Position numbers and translations under genes: made by a program
The notes under the pieces: generated by a model
The model's database searches: none
Seen by the model: the letters and a program-made list of their open reading frames with translations, nothing else
Told to the model about the DNA's origin: nothing
Shown: positions 1 through 8,889 of the stretch, in pieces
Layout: every line of letters starts with the position of its first letter
Position numbering within the stretch: position 1 is the stretch's first letter
Virus record (IMG/VR): IMGVR_UViG_3300020598_000096
Location: 1-36,595 of that record
Origin: a virus
Lineage: Duplodnaviria; Caudoviricetes
Direction: 5' to 3' (one strand)
DNA: 36,595 nt

Positions 1-570
1 ATGGCCAAACTGAAGTTCAACCTGAGAGGGCACTCGTTTCAATCGGGTTTGAAATCTGTCAGACTTGGGTACGAAGCGGCCGAAAGCTCACTTCAAACTC
101 GTATCGATGAACTTCAAAAAAAGCTCGATGATGATGTAGATGGCTTGCTGACGGTTGCCGAGGTTGATGAAGATGGCGAATATGTCTGGTGTGAGGAGGA
201 AGGCATTCGCTTCGAGATTGATAGTTTGAATGATGCATTGAATGACATCCGTCGAACTTTTGCAGTTTCTTACTACCACCAATGGGAACGTTACGCGCAG
301 TCAGTGAACGAACACCATGCACAGTTTCACGGACGGATCGTTGAGGGCTTAAACGGGAAACGCATTCAGGTTCATGATCAAATGGATAAAATCTCGACCC
401 TGGTAAATGCCATAAAGCATAACAACCCGAAGCATATCGAGAAGCTGCAAAACTCGTGGCCGGAAGTTGTTCGAGCGGGAGCGCCGTCCTCGTTCACTCA
501 AATATTTTTATGTGAGGGCCATATGGACCATATCTATCACGTTATCTCCAGTAGCGGCGAAAGTGGGTAA
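1..570 (+). CDS. Hypothetical protein, HEPN-like
   Basis: 189 aa helical ORF with FAVSYYHQWER and LVNAIKHN, resembling the HEPN helix-E and (R)NxxxH motifs; canonical Arg absent. Confidence 0.5.
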   Translation: MAKLKFNLRGHSFQSGLKSVRLGYEAAESSLQTRIDELQKKLDDDVDGLLTVAEVDEDGEYVWCEEEGIRFEIDSLNDALNDIRRTFAVSYYHQWERYAQSVNEHHAQFHGRIVEGLNGKRIQVHDQMDKISTLVNAIKHNNPKHIEKLQNSWPEVVRAGAPSSFTQIFLCEGHMDHIYHVISSSGESG

Positions 571-588
571 CCCTCGTTTGAATCCGGT

Positions 589-795
589 CTAACTTCGCCC
601 ACCCGGTCTTGTAATTCGACCGAATATGTCATCTGACAAAATTTGCCGCATGCTCCTCGTATCACTGCTAGCTAGATTGTTGAGATACCAGCTATCTTCG
701 CACCCGCATGTCGGACATTGCTCCGGCTTCTTACCTCTACCTTCGGTGTCGCATTCTACGCAAAGCCACCGCCAATTTTGATCATGCGAATTCAT
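589..795 (-). CDS. Small rubredoxin-like zinc-ribbon protein
   Basis: WLCVEC...PEQCPTCG (two CxxC); ATG at 795 follows a G-rich RBS and overlaps the end of the AAA gene. Confidence 0.6.
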   Translation of the reverse strand: MNSHDQNWRWLCVECDTEGRGKKPEQCPTCGCEDSWYLNNLASSDTRSMRQILSDDIFGRITRPGGRS

Positions 796-2872
796 AGTAG
801 CACCCCCCATTCTCATATTCGTCACGCTCTTGCATGCTCTTCAAAAGCCGAATTCCTCGTCTCTTCAGATTTAGAAGTCCGTTGATTTGCTCGCCCGTCA
901 GCTTCTCGTGAGCGAGCAAGGCGTCGGCAAGACGGCGGACATCGCTTCGGCGGCGCTCGATGATGGCCGTCGCTTCACGCATGCTGTTCTGCAGCGACTC
1001 TTCGACCTGTTTTCTGATGTCTGGATACAACCGTAGCGCCGTCAAAGCGTTGTCTGGATCAGACAGGTAAGTTAAACTCCCGGACTGACCGGTGCACAAA
1101 TACATCCGCGCTAGCCAGTGCGTTGCCACTCTTAGATCATACGTCCCCGTATCAGAGCGCTCCTCGAAAAAGATGTCTTCTGCTGCCAGACCGCCGATAA
1201 GCTGTTTGACCGAACTCAGAATTTGCGAAGACGTCATGATATGGCGCTCGCTTTCTGAAATGCGAACCGTTACGAAGCCGCCGAATTGACTATCTACTCC
1301 CTCAATGACCTCCCGCTTGACTTCCGCTCTGACCACTTGTTTTCCAAGTTCGAGCGCGACAATCGCGTGTCCAGCTTCGTGAATTGCGGCGCGTTCTAAG
1401 TTCTCAGGCGACATCGCCACGCGCTTCGGAAGAGCATTCAGCAGATCAGCAAGCGTTACCTCTCGCCTTTGCCGACGCGCAGTTCTTCTAGCGTCTCGCA
1501 CGAGGCCTTCGAGCCACGCACCAGCCATGCCCTCGGTGTTCTCGACAACTGGCGACAGGTCAGCACCTTCAAGATCACCTTTTAGATGAAAACGCAGGAT
1601 TCCCTCGCGCGCTGCCGCATCGGGTAGGGGAATTTCCACAAGCTTGTCGAGACGCCCTGGTCGACGTAACGCCGCATCGATTTTGTCAGCATGGTTCGTA
1701 GCGCCAACGACGACGACGCCCTCACGTCCTGCTGCTCCGTCAAGACACTCTAAAAGTCCGTTCACTGCTCGACGGATGTAATCGCTGCCGTCGCTATCGC
1801 TTGAGCTCGAATTCCGGTCGCCCGCTGAATCGAATTCATCAATAAAGAGGATGCAGGGCGCTTGCTTTTGAGCCTCGTCAAAAGATTTTTGCATGGCTTT
1901 CAGATAGTCGCCGAGGTGGCCTTTCGCCTGCCACTGCGCCATCGAAGTAGCTACCAACGCGACGTCGCAAGTGCGAGCTAATGCTGAAGCGAACGTTGTT
2001 TTCCCAGTGCCTGGAGGTCCGTAGAGAAGCACACCACGATCTACATCCGACCATGAAATCCTGCCTGCCTGCCAGTCTTCCAAATCCCGAGCCAGATCGC
2101 GACCCCATTCGCCAGCAGCCCCCAAGCCGTGCAGATCGTCAAGCGTGGGTTCGTCCGTATCTAGTGCAGGCTTGATGTCAGTCCGCTCACCAAACTCTGC
2201 GGCTTCAAGCCATGCGTAGGCCAACTCGAAACTGTGGAGAGGATCTCGACCTTTGGAAAAGATATTCATGAGCTGTTGAATCGGCACAGCCATCAGCTCG
2301 TCGCCGATCTTAGCATCGAGCCAGAAATCAGACTTCACATGCTTCTGGACGGCAGCTTCAAGAGCTGCAGGAGAACATCTGATCTCGATGTCGGCATCTA
2401 CGAAGCGTCCGACTTCAGGCGGAATTTGATGATCTTTCGTGGCAAGAATGAAAACACGGCGGTGCTCAAAAAGGCGCGAAAGGAGAGCTTTCGACGTCTT
2501 TTTGCTGTCGTACGCATACTGCTCAAGGTAGACCAAAATCGACTTCGCTGGATGCGGCCCGCGATATCGCTGGCGCATGCCGTCTGCCAAGACTTCTTCG
2601 ATACCAACGCCAAAGATATCGACTTCATCGGTGCTGGCGCAGCGCAGCACGAGCGTACACGGACACTTTGCATCAAAGAATTTTTCAGCGGCGGCTGGTG
2701 AAGCGGCTTTCAGGCTGTCGACAAAGATCTCGTATAGCAGACCGACCTTGAAGCCGTCGATGATCGGGTCAAAAAGAGAGCTTTCTGACGCTTTCTCATC
2801 TTCGGTGTCGCTGACCCATTCCATATCTCCGAGGTCGATGTCGTTATGGTTGTCTACGGCTTCCTTTGCCAT
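782..2872 (-). CDS. Soluble FtsH-like AAA+ ATPase / M41 zinc metalloprotease
   Basis: Walker A GPPGTGKT, Walker B ILFIDEFD, SRH GATN...ALRRPGRLD, HEAGH zinc motif and GGLAAE; no N-terminal transmembrane segments; AAGGAG RBS. Confidence 0.9.
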   Translation of the reverse strand: MAKEAVDNHNDIDLGDMEWVSDTEDEKASESSLFDPIIDGFKVGLLYEIFVDSLKAASPAAAEKFFDAKCPCTLVLRCASTDEVDIFGVGIEEVLADGMRQRYRGPHPAKSILVYLEQYAYDSKKTSKALLSRLFEHRRVFILATKDHQIPPEVGRFVDADIEIRCSPAALEAAVQKHVKSDFWLDAKIGDELMAVPIQQLMNIFSKGRDPLHSFELAYAWLEAAEFGERTDIKPALDTDEPTLDDLHGLGAAGEWGRDLARDLEDWQAGRISWSDVDRGVLLYGPPGTGKTTFASALARTCDVALVATSMAQWQAKGHLGDYLKAMQKSFDEAQKQAPCILFIDEFDSAGDRNSSSSDSDGSDYIRRAVNGLLECLDGAAGREGVVVVGATNHADKIDAALRRPGRLDKLVEIPLPDAAAREGILRFHLKGDLEGADLSPVVENTEGMAGAWLEGLVRDARRTARRQRREVTLADLLNALPKRVAMSPENLERAAIHEAGHAIVALELGKQVVRAEVKREVIEGVDSQFGGFVTVRISESERHIMTSSQILSSVKQLIGGLAAEDIFFEERSDTGTYDLRVATHWLARMYLCTGQSGSLTYLSDPDNALTALRLYPDIRKQVEESLQNSMREATAIIERRRSDVRRLADALLAHEKLTGEQINGLLNLKRRGIRLLKSMQERDEYENGGCYYEFA

Positions 2873-2964
2873 TTGTGGTTTCTCCTTGAAGTTGGGGCGC
2901 TCGACCTGAATTTTTCAGGGAGCGGGAATGCGCATGCGTAGTCGTGATGTATGTGCGTCCGACG

Positions 2965-3519
2965 TCAGGCCGTGACGTAGGTGGCCAGACCGGGCAGGGC
3001 GGCTTTCAGATGCTGGAAAGTTCGGGGGGTGAATGTGACATCTGGCAGGTCGACACCGACGTCGCGGGACATGCCGACGGAGTCGAGCGTCCCATGGCTA
3101 TGACCATAGAAATGGACGGCACCTTTGTTACTGGTTGGCCATACGCGGTGTGCGTAGTGCGACAGGAAAAGTCTCTCGCCGCCGTCGCTAGTGAGCAGCG
3201 TATGCCGAGGTTCCTGATCCCAGTCTAGCTCAAGTAGATGTGGGAGGGCGTTGCCAGCTCGGTCGACATCATGGTTGCCGAGGACCAAAATCTTGCGGCC
3301 ATTTAGACGTCGGAAAATCTGCTTCGCATGCGCTGCGCCGCCAAATGCGAAATCACCGAGGTGGTGGACGATGTCAGATGGCCTCACGACGCTGTTCCAA
3401 GCGTCTACCATTGCGTCATCCATCTCACTGACGGATGAAAACGGACGTCCACAAAGGCCGATAATGGCTTCATGCCCAAAATGAGTATCTGAGATGTAGA
3501 ATTTTTGCACGTAGGACAT
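2965..3519 (-). CDS. Calcineurin-like metallophosphoesterase (phage type)
   Basis: Motifs ISDTHFGH, LGDF, LGNHD, SHY, GHSHG, DVGVD. Confidence 0.9.
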   Translation of the reverse strand: MSYVQKFYISDTHFGHEAIIGLCGRPFSSVSEMDDAMVDAWNSVVRPSDIVHHLGDFAFGGAAHAKQIFRRLNGRKILVLGNHDVDRAGNALPHLLELDWDQEPRHTLLTSDGGERLFLSHYAHRVWPTSNKGAVHFYGHSHGTLDSVGMSRDVGVDLPDVTFTPRTFQHLKAALPGLATYVTA

Positions 3520-3623
3520 GCTAGGTTCCTTTCGAGTACGGAGATGAATGCAATGAAAACAGGCGATTAGCCTGCTAGATTCATGCAGTCTTACGTATCG
3601 AGTTTAGGAACCTCATGTTTACG
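3510..3623. promoter_or_regulatory. Long imperfect inverted repeat covering the RBS and start of the phosphoesterase gene
   Basis: CGTAGGACATGCTAGGTTCCT (3510-3530) pairs imperfectly with AGGAACCTCATGTTTACG (3606-3623); nested stems TCGA, TACG/CGTA, TGCAATGAA/TTCATGCA, CAGGC/GCCTG. Confidence 0.55.
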
Positions 3624-3724
3624 CCCCGGGATGACACCCATGCCGGAAGTAGTCCGGCACCAATGTCGTGGGGAGGCGTATACTGAGATCTCTTTGCTCT
3701 TTCAAGTGCCTTCAAGTGCCCATT

Positions 3725-4558
3725 CTAGGAAACCGTGTGAGGCACAGTCTCAATATTCGTAAAATCTTTGACCTCCGGTGAGCTAATAACACTCTTGCAA
3801 GTGTCCATCGCGGCTAGCGGATTACCTCGCATCAGCGCAATTGCATACGAGCGCCACCAATTCGGAAATCTTGGGTTCGCCGCGATGACGCTCATCGTCC
3901 GCGAAATCAGGCCGCCCATGGCTTCATCTGCTCGCCCGATTTCGGGCCAGTCAGCGCTTAGGCGGTTGACGAAGTACTCGTTTATCCAAGCGGGATCGGA
4001 GCTCATCATGATGCAATCGAGGCGCTGCTGAAACTTTTCCGCCTGATCTTTGAAGTCAGATGACAACATGAATTGCAGGTGCTCGGGGACGGTCGCTGGA
4101 TCAATAGTCTGAGGACGCGACGTCTCTTTCTTCGATACCGGAAGTCTCGGCTTCCTCTTCGGCTTTATGGTCCTCTTCTTAATCTCTTCGAAGATGTTGA
4201 AATCGTAGAGAATTTTCCAAGCTGCAGGGTCGTTACTATCCTTGGTTGCAATGCGCATCTGGCGGAAGAGGTCGAGAATGAGATCGGGGTCGTTCGGTAC
4301 GAATATCCCGGTGGGCCAGCCGAACGCGTTTTTAGATCGCGACCACAGTACTATCTGCAGAGACTCGCCAGTGGCTTCGGGATGTTGAGATATTACGAAA
4401 TCGATAGCCGATTTGTAGAAGCGCTCGTCACCAGGCATCACGGTGCCGAGCATTTCGAAAACGAGAGCTTTTTCGATGAGGTGCTTCGGATAGCTCTTCC
4501 GCGCAGGAGCTTCAGCTTCCGTGGGATTTATCAAAAACTTGGGTGCTGAAATAGCCAT
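3725..4558 (-). CDS. Hypothetical protein translationally coupled to Rep
   Basis: 277 aa ORF; TAATG stop/start overlap with rep at 4558 and GGAGA RBS. Confidence 0.75.
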   Translation of the reverse strand: MAISAPKFLINPTEAEAPARKSYPKHLIEKALVFEMLGTVMPGDERFYKSAIDFVISQHPEATGESLQIVLWSRSKNAFGWPTGIFVPNDPDLILDLFRQMRIATKDSNDPAAWKILYDFNIFEEIKKRTIKPKRKPRLPVSKKETSRPQTIDPATVPEHLQFMLSSDFKDQAEKFQQRLDCIMMSSDPAWINEYFVNRLSADWPEIGRADEAMGGLISRTMSVIAANPRFPNWWRSYAIALMRGNPLAAMDTCKSVISSPEVKDFTNIETVPHTVS

Positions 4559-6369
4559 TATGAAATCTCCTTATATGTAATGAAATCGGGTTCGCTAATA
4601 TCGTCATCTAATAAGCGGTCGGCGGCAAGCGTATCCGTGATGTAGGCGATGTCTTCAGGGGAGACGTCGCGTTGACCGAATGTGAATTCTTCTACCAGAC
4701 CATCTATCCAGCAGCGGACGGTTAGCTCAATTTTGTGCTCTCCGGTGTAGATAATGTTCTGGATGACTGGGAAAACGCGCTCATCCACCTCTTCGTAGCT
4801 AAGTTCGTGGTCGGCCGTCCAGATAATCTCTCGGATGTTGGATAGATCGGGCATCGCGTCGGTCTCTTCAGGAGCTTCGTCTTCTAGAAGCTCCGTAAGC
4901 AGCTTGGTCGTTATATCATCGATGGCCGGATCGTAGTTTGCTGAAGTTTCTGGCTCAAGTTCGGGCGTCGGCTCGGAAGGCTGCGTGGGTTCAGCGCGTT
5001 CGAACTTTTGATCTTCTTCAGCTAGTAGCTCTTCGAAAAGCTGCATTCCGACGCTTGACGTCGTACCTTCATCCTCATTAGAGGTCGGGACGGTGGATGC
5101 AACTTCCGTTTTTGAAAGGTCCTGTCCGCGAGCCTGGCTACTGAGCTTTTCCTTCTTTGGCGGCTTGGGAACGATGCGCTTTTTACGCGCTTCTGATGCG
5201 ATTGCGGCTTCTTCCCAGAATAAGCTCTTGACTTCATTCGACAAGAGATCAGGAGCCTGCACTTCCTCGGCACAAAACTGGAAAGCCGCTTCGTCAGGTC
5301 CGTACAGCTTGATAACGTTCAGAAGTCTTTTGCCGCGATAGTATCGGATGTCGTATTCTGGAGTAATTGGATCGGCGTCGAGCGCTTCTTTCAGAGCTAT
5401 CTGCCAAGCTCCAAAATACGAAATGTTCATATCTTGGCTGAATCCGCTGAAAGCGCGCTGTACACGCTGCCAAACGTAACTGTTGACGCGAAATTCTGGC
5501 GCATCCACGCCGCCGACACCTAACAACCTGTGAGTGCGTTTGTTAAACGATACGCGTGTGAGATGATGGCTAGGCGCGCGCAGGATTACATGGAAATCCA
5601 CGCGTTCAAGCGGGCGTCCACGCGCTTCCTTTCTGATTTCTTCTACGCTGATATTGAAGCGGCGGACGGTCGCCAGTTCGTAGACGAGTTTGTTCAGAAC
5701 CCGCTGGCGGAATTTCCCGAAGTTCATCTTCCCGGTGTCGAGCGGGAAGCCCGTCCACCGATAGAGGTCCTCAAGAGACGCCGATACGACAACCTTGTTC
5801 TCTCCGTCAGGTGTCCACTTCTGGCGCGCAGCCGCAGCTGCAAAAATCCGGTACAGCCGCACAGAGTACTTGGATTTCATCTGCGACAGGGGGGCGAGTT
5901 CAAGATACGCATAAGCTGGCATCGAACGCATCAGAATGCGGATCGGCTCGGGGAGCGAGTAGCGGATGACGTCTTCGCTCTCGTTTGTTTCCAGGTAGCT
6001 AAATATAAGAGGGACATCTTCAAAACGGCGGCTCTTCTTGGTGCCGTAGCTGACGGTCGTAGCCATCAGGCGTCTCATAGAGACTTTCAAGGCGTCTCTT
6101 CGTGCATGAGTACCCAGGAACTTCAGAGCGGTCGCGACTGGTAGAGACGTGAATTCGGCCGTCATGCCTTTGTCCGCTTCGTACGCAGCGGATACGAGCA
6201 GTTCATGCAGCGCGGCATCGTCTGCCGTAAGGATGTCTGACGAGGTGATTTCCACGCTGTCGAGCATCTCCAAGGGTCGGGGACTCTCGGGTGCAATTTT
6301 TGAAAGCTGGCTTTCCGTAATCGCTTTCGTAATGGATCCGCGTGTGGCGGGCTGAATGAGTTTTTTCAT
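4558..6369 (-). CDS. Plasmid replication initiator (Rep_3 family) with long acidic C-terminal extension
   Basis: Rep_3-like motifs YLELAPLSQMKSKYSVRLY, NFGKFRQRVL, GRPLERVDF in the first ~265 aa; repeat array immediately upstream. Confidence 0.85.
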   Translation of the reverse strand: MKKLIQPATRGSITKAITESQLSKIAPESPRPLEMLDSVEITSSDILTADDAALHELLVSAAYEADKGMTAEFTSLPVATALKFLGTHARRDALKVSMRRLMATTVSYGTKKSRRFEDVPLIFSYLETNESEDVIRYSLPEPIRILMRSMPAYAYLELAPLSQMKSKYSVRLYRIFAAAAARQKWTPDGENKVVVSASLEDLYRWTGFPLDTGKMNFGKFRQRVLNKLVYELATVRRFNISVEEIRKEARGRPLERVDFHVILRAPSHHLTRVSFNKRTHRLLGVGGVDAPEFRVNSYVWQRVQRAFSGFSQDMNISYFGAWQIALKEALDADPITPEYDIRYYRGKRLLNVIKLYGPDEAAFQFCAEEVQAPDLLSNEVKSLFWEEAAIASEARKKRIVPKPPKKEKLSSQARGQDLSKTEVASTVPTSNEDEGTTSSVGMQLFEELLAEEDQKFERAEPTQPSEPTPELEPETSANYDPAIDDITTKLLTELLEDEAPEETDAMPDLSNIREIIWTADHELSYEEVDERVFPVIQNIIYTGEHKIELTVRCWIDGLVEEFTFGQRDVSPEDIAYITDTLAADRLLDDDISEPDFITYKEIS

Positions 6370-6427
6370 AATGGGTACTCAGGGTTTGTAATACCAGTGT
6401 GAGTCGTCGGCGGAAAATAAGTCAAGC

Positions 6428-6613
6428 TGTTTAGATGACGCCGTTCCAGAACGTGTCATTTGGACAGATGGGTGTTTAGATGACACGGATGGGAAGTGTG
6501 TCATTTAGAGGCGAGGGTGTTTATATGACGTCGTCGTAGACTGCGTCATATAGACGTTCAGATGACACGATTTCGGGGTATGTCATGTAAATCGGTTTTG
6601 GGATTTGTGTCAT
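6428..6613. repeat. Iteron array / putative oriV: four ATGAC-N15-GTCAT palindromes plus a half-site
   Basis: ATGAC at 6435, 6480, 6525, 6562; GTCAT at 6455, 6500, 6545, 6582 (spacer always 15 nt); lone GTCAT at 6609. Confidence 0.85.
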
Positions 6614-7642
6614 AAAAACAATGTTGACGAGCCTAGGCTGTGCAACGGTTTGCAGCGGTTTTCCCCGAGCGGGATTTTGACGATTCTAAATAGAAGATTT
6701 TGGCGGTCGATTTTCTTTCCTTTGGTTTAGACCAGCCGTGCCTGCTCCGCAGGGGGTGCTCCGCACTAGGACTGGGTCGAGCAGAGTGATGAGCCGTGGC
6801 GGATTTGATGAGCGTTGCACGGCTCACGCGATTGTCGGTCAGTCCGTTGGTCTCGTAGAGGTCCTTCCAATTATCTCGTAGAGACGGTGGTTTGGGATTT
6901 GTGTCATAAAAACAAAGTGGACGGGATTGGATGAAACAACGGTTTGCGGAGGTTTCCCGCAGGTCGCATTTTCCCGATTCTAAATAGACTAGTTTGAGGT
7001 CGAATTTTTCGGATTATTGATTCAATTTTTACCGTGCTGCTTCGCAGTGGAAGGGACTGGTCGAGTATAGTTCTGGAGCGTAGTGCGTTTCGCACGGTGG
7101 ATCAGTAGACACTGCCATGTACCAAACAGTGCACTTCGTGAGAGGCGCACAGGAGCAGCAGTTTAACGGGCGCGTTTCAAGGTGGTGGCACTGGAGTAAG
7201 GCCGGAGGGATGAAAGGCCTTAAACCGCACGGCAAATGCTCGGAATAGCTAAAAGCGGATCAGTGCTGGTGATGAGCCGTTGCACGGATGGTGTCGTTGT
7301 ACGTCTCGCAGGACGTTGCGAGAGGTCCTTCCAATTATCTCGTAGAGACGGGGGGTTGGGATTTGTGTCATAAAAACAAAGTTTACGAGCCAAGGCTGTG
7401 TAACGGTTTGGGACGGTTTTCCGCGAGCGGGTTTTTCCCGATTCTAAATAGACAAGATCGAAGTCGGTTTTGTTGGATTATCGATTCAGTTTTTGCCGTG
7501 CCGCTTCGCGGGGAAAGGACTTGGTCGTGTTTGGGTCTGGAGCGTAGTGCGTGTGATTAGCGACGCAGTGCCGTCGGCGGATTTGATCTGCCTTTTGTCA
7601 CTTGCAAGCTCCAACGGCACTCTTCTCGTATCTCGTAGAGAC
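6597..7642. repeat. Three long degenerate direct repeats with conserved boxes
   Basis: GGGATTTGTGTCATAAAAACAA near 6600, 6894, 7358; AACGGTTTG at 6644, 6938, 7402; CGATTCTAAATAGA at 6681, 6975, 7439; TATCTCGTAGAGAC at 6872, 7336, 7629. Confidence 0.9.
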
Positions 7643-7659
7643 AAAGGAAGGAGCGAGAG

Positions 7660-8034
7660 ATGATGAAGTTGGAGATGACAATGCCGAGACCAATAAACAT
7701 GACGGATGTGGGACAAGCCAAGGCGGCACGCCAAGCCCAGTACCGCATCAAACTACGCCAGCGGCGCGAGCCGGAAGCGGATCGTGTAGATACGGCCCTT
7801 TCTCAAGCACTTGTGGCTTTTATGAGCTACGTGTCGGAAGAGAGGCTCGAAGCGCATAAAACCGTGGTGCAAATGCTCCTGAGGGCTACTTTAGATTTGC
7901 TAATCGATGCGGGATACGATGCAGATGCTGCTAAAAAGGTTCTGCATCGCCGGGTTTCTTCTTTAAGCCGTCCAGATATCGCCGAGTTCATTCGTGTTGG
8001 ACGGTTGGATAAGCGTATCAAAACGGCTCACTGA
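7660..8034 (+). CDS. Small basic helical protein, possibly DNA-binding
   Basis: 124 aa; strong RBS AAGGAAGGAG; Arg-rich N-terminal helix AARQAQYRIKLRQRR. Confidence 0.75.
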   Translation: MMKLEMTMPRPINMTDVGQAKAARQAQYRIKLRQRREPEADRVDTALSQALVAFMSYVSEERLEAHKTVVQMLLRATLDLLIDAGYDADAAKKVLHRRVSSLSRPDIAEFIRVGRLDKRIKTAH

Positions 8035-8169
8035 GCTGCTCCCCCCATTACTCCCAATCCTAGAATCAAAAATCTGGCGTTTCTCGAAGAGACGCTGGAT
8101 CGTCTCTGGCGGTAGTTTCTTGCAGGTTTCCCGCATCTCCTAGTGCACATACTGCGGGAGATTTAAGCC

Positions 8170-8838
8170 ATGCAAAAATCAGCACATATTGCCAGCCTAG
8201 CGACACGTTTGAACAACCTCGAACAGAAAGTCGACGCACTACCCGAGGGCGAGGGTGGAGGAGGAGGTGGTGGAAGCGACGTCGACATGCAACGGCTCAT
8301 CAGAGCAATGATGCTGGATGCCGGGACGTCGGCGGTCATGCCAGGAAACATCGTCGAGGAGGTCTACTATTTCGACATCAACACGAGCAAGTCGCTCGCT
8401 GGGTCCGTGTTCGGCTCATATCACCACAATCCGACCAACTACACGTCGTGCAACCGGGTGAGCTTTTTCAGCCAGACCTTGGCGGGCTACGGCGGGTATT
8501 TCAGCTTCTACGACGCTTATCCGAACACAAGATCTCTTGCCGGGGCGATTTTTGCCGGAGGATATGAGGATTATTTCGCTGACACGACAAAGCGATCTCT
8601 TTCGGAGTCGGTGTTTAGCTCTCCAGCAGCCGTCGAGTACTGCCAAACGGCGGCTGGCGGGCGGGGCCTCTTCGCTAAAATCTTCGGGAGTGAAGCGTCT
8701 CGCTTCAATCGAATGCAGACTGTGCACGGCTCCGATCTGTCATCCGACAATAAGAATTTGCTGGATCTCCTAGTGACGCTCCGCAGCGAAATAAACTCGC
8801 TGAAGAACCGAGTAGCGTACTTGGAATCGAGACTTTGA
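8170..8838 (+). CDS. Hypothetical fibre-like virion protein
   Basis: GGAGA RBS; N- and C-terminal heptad coiled coils, poly-Gly hinge, aromatic/Gly-rich core. Confidence 0.65.
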   Translation: MQKSAHIASLATRLNNLEQKVDALPEGEGGGGGGGSDVDMQRLIRAMMLDAGTSAVMPGNIVEEVYYFDINTSKSLAGSVFGSYHHNPTNYTSCNRVSFFSQTLAGYGGYFSFYDAYPNTRSLAGAIFAGGYEDYFADTTKRSLSESVFSSPAAVEYCQTAAGGRGLFAKIFGSEASRFNRMQTVHGSDLSSDNKNLLDLLVTLRSEINSLKNRVAYLESRL

Positions 8839-8889
8839 TTTGACAAAAAAAGAATTGAAACTTGCATCTGACCACGCCATCTTATGTCT

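Noticed and set aside
782-2872. Housekeeping ftsH
   Set aside because: No transmembrane anchor, non-canonical pore loop and mobile-element context, so no gene symbol was assigned.
3701-3720. Tandem TTCAAGTGCC x2
   Set aside because: A single 10-bp duplication with no other copies seen; could be slippage.
6428-7642. CRISPR array
   Set aside because: Repeats are short palindromic half-sites or long degenerate units with irregular periods; no identical 25-45 nt repeats with regular spacers and no cas genes.
6633-7859. Short ORFs within the origin repeat region
   Set aside because: No convincing RBS or motifs, and reading frames do not appear conserved between repeat copies.
8247-8274. GGN repeat as a phase-variable tract
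   Set aside because: Mixed in-frame Gly codons encoding a hinge; not a frameshifting repeat.
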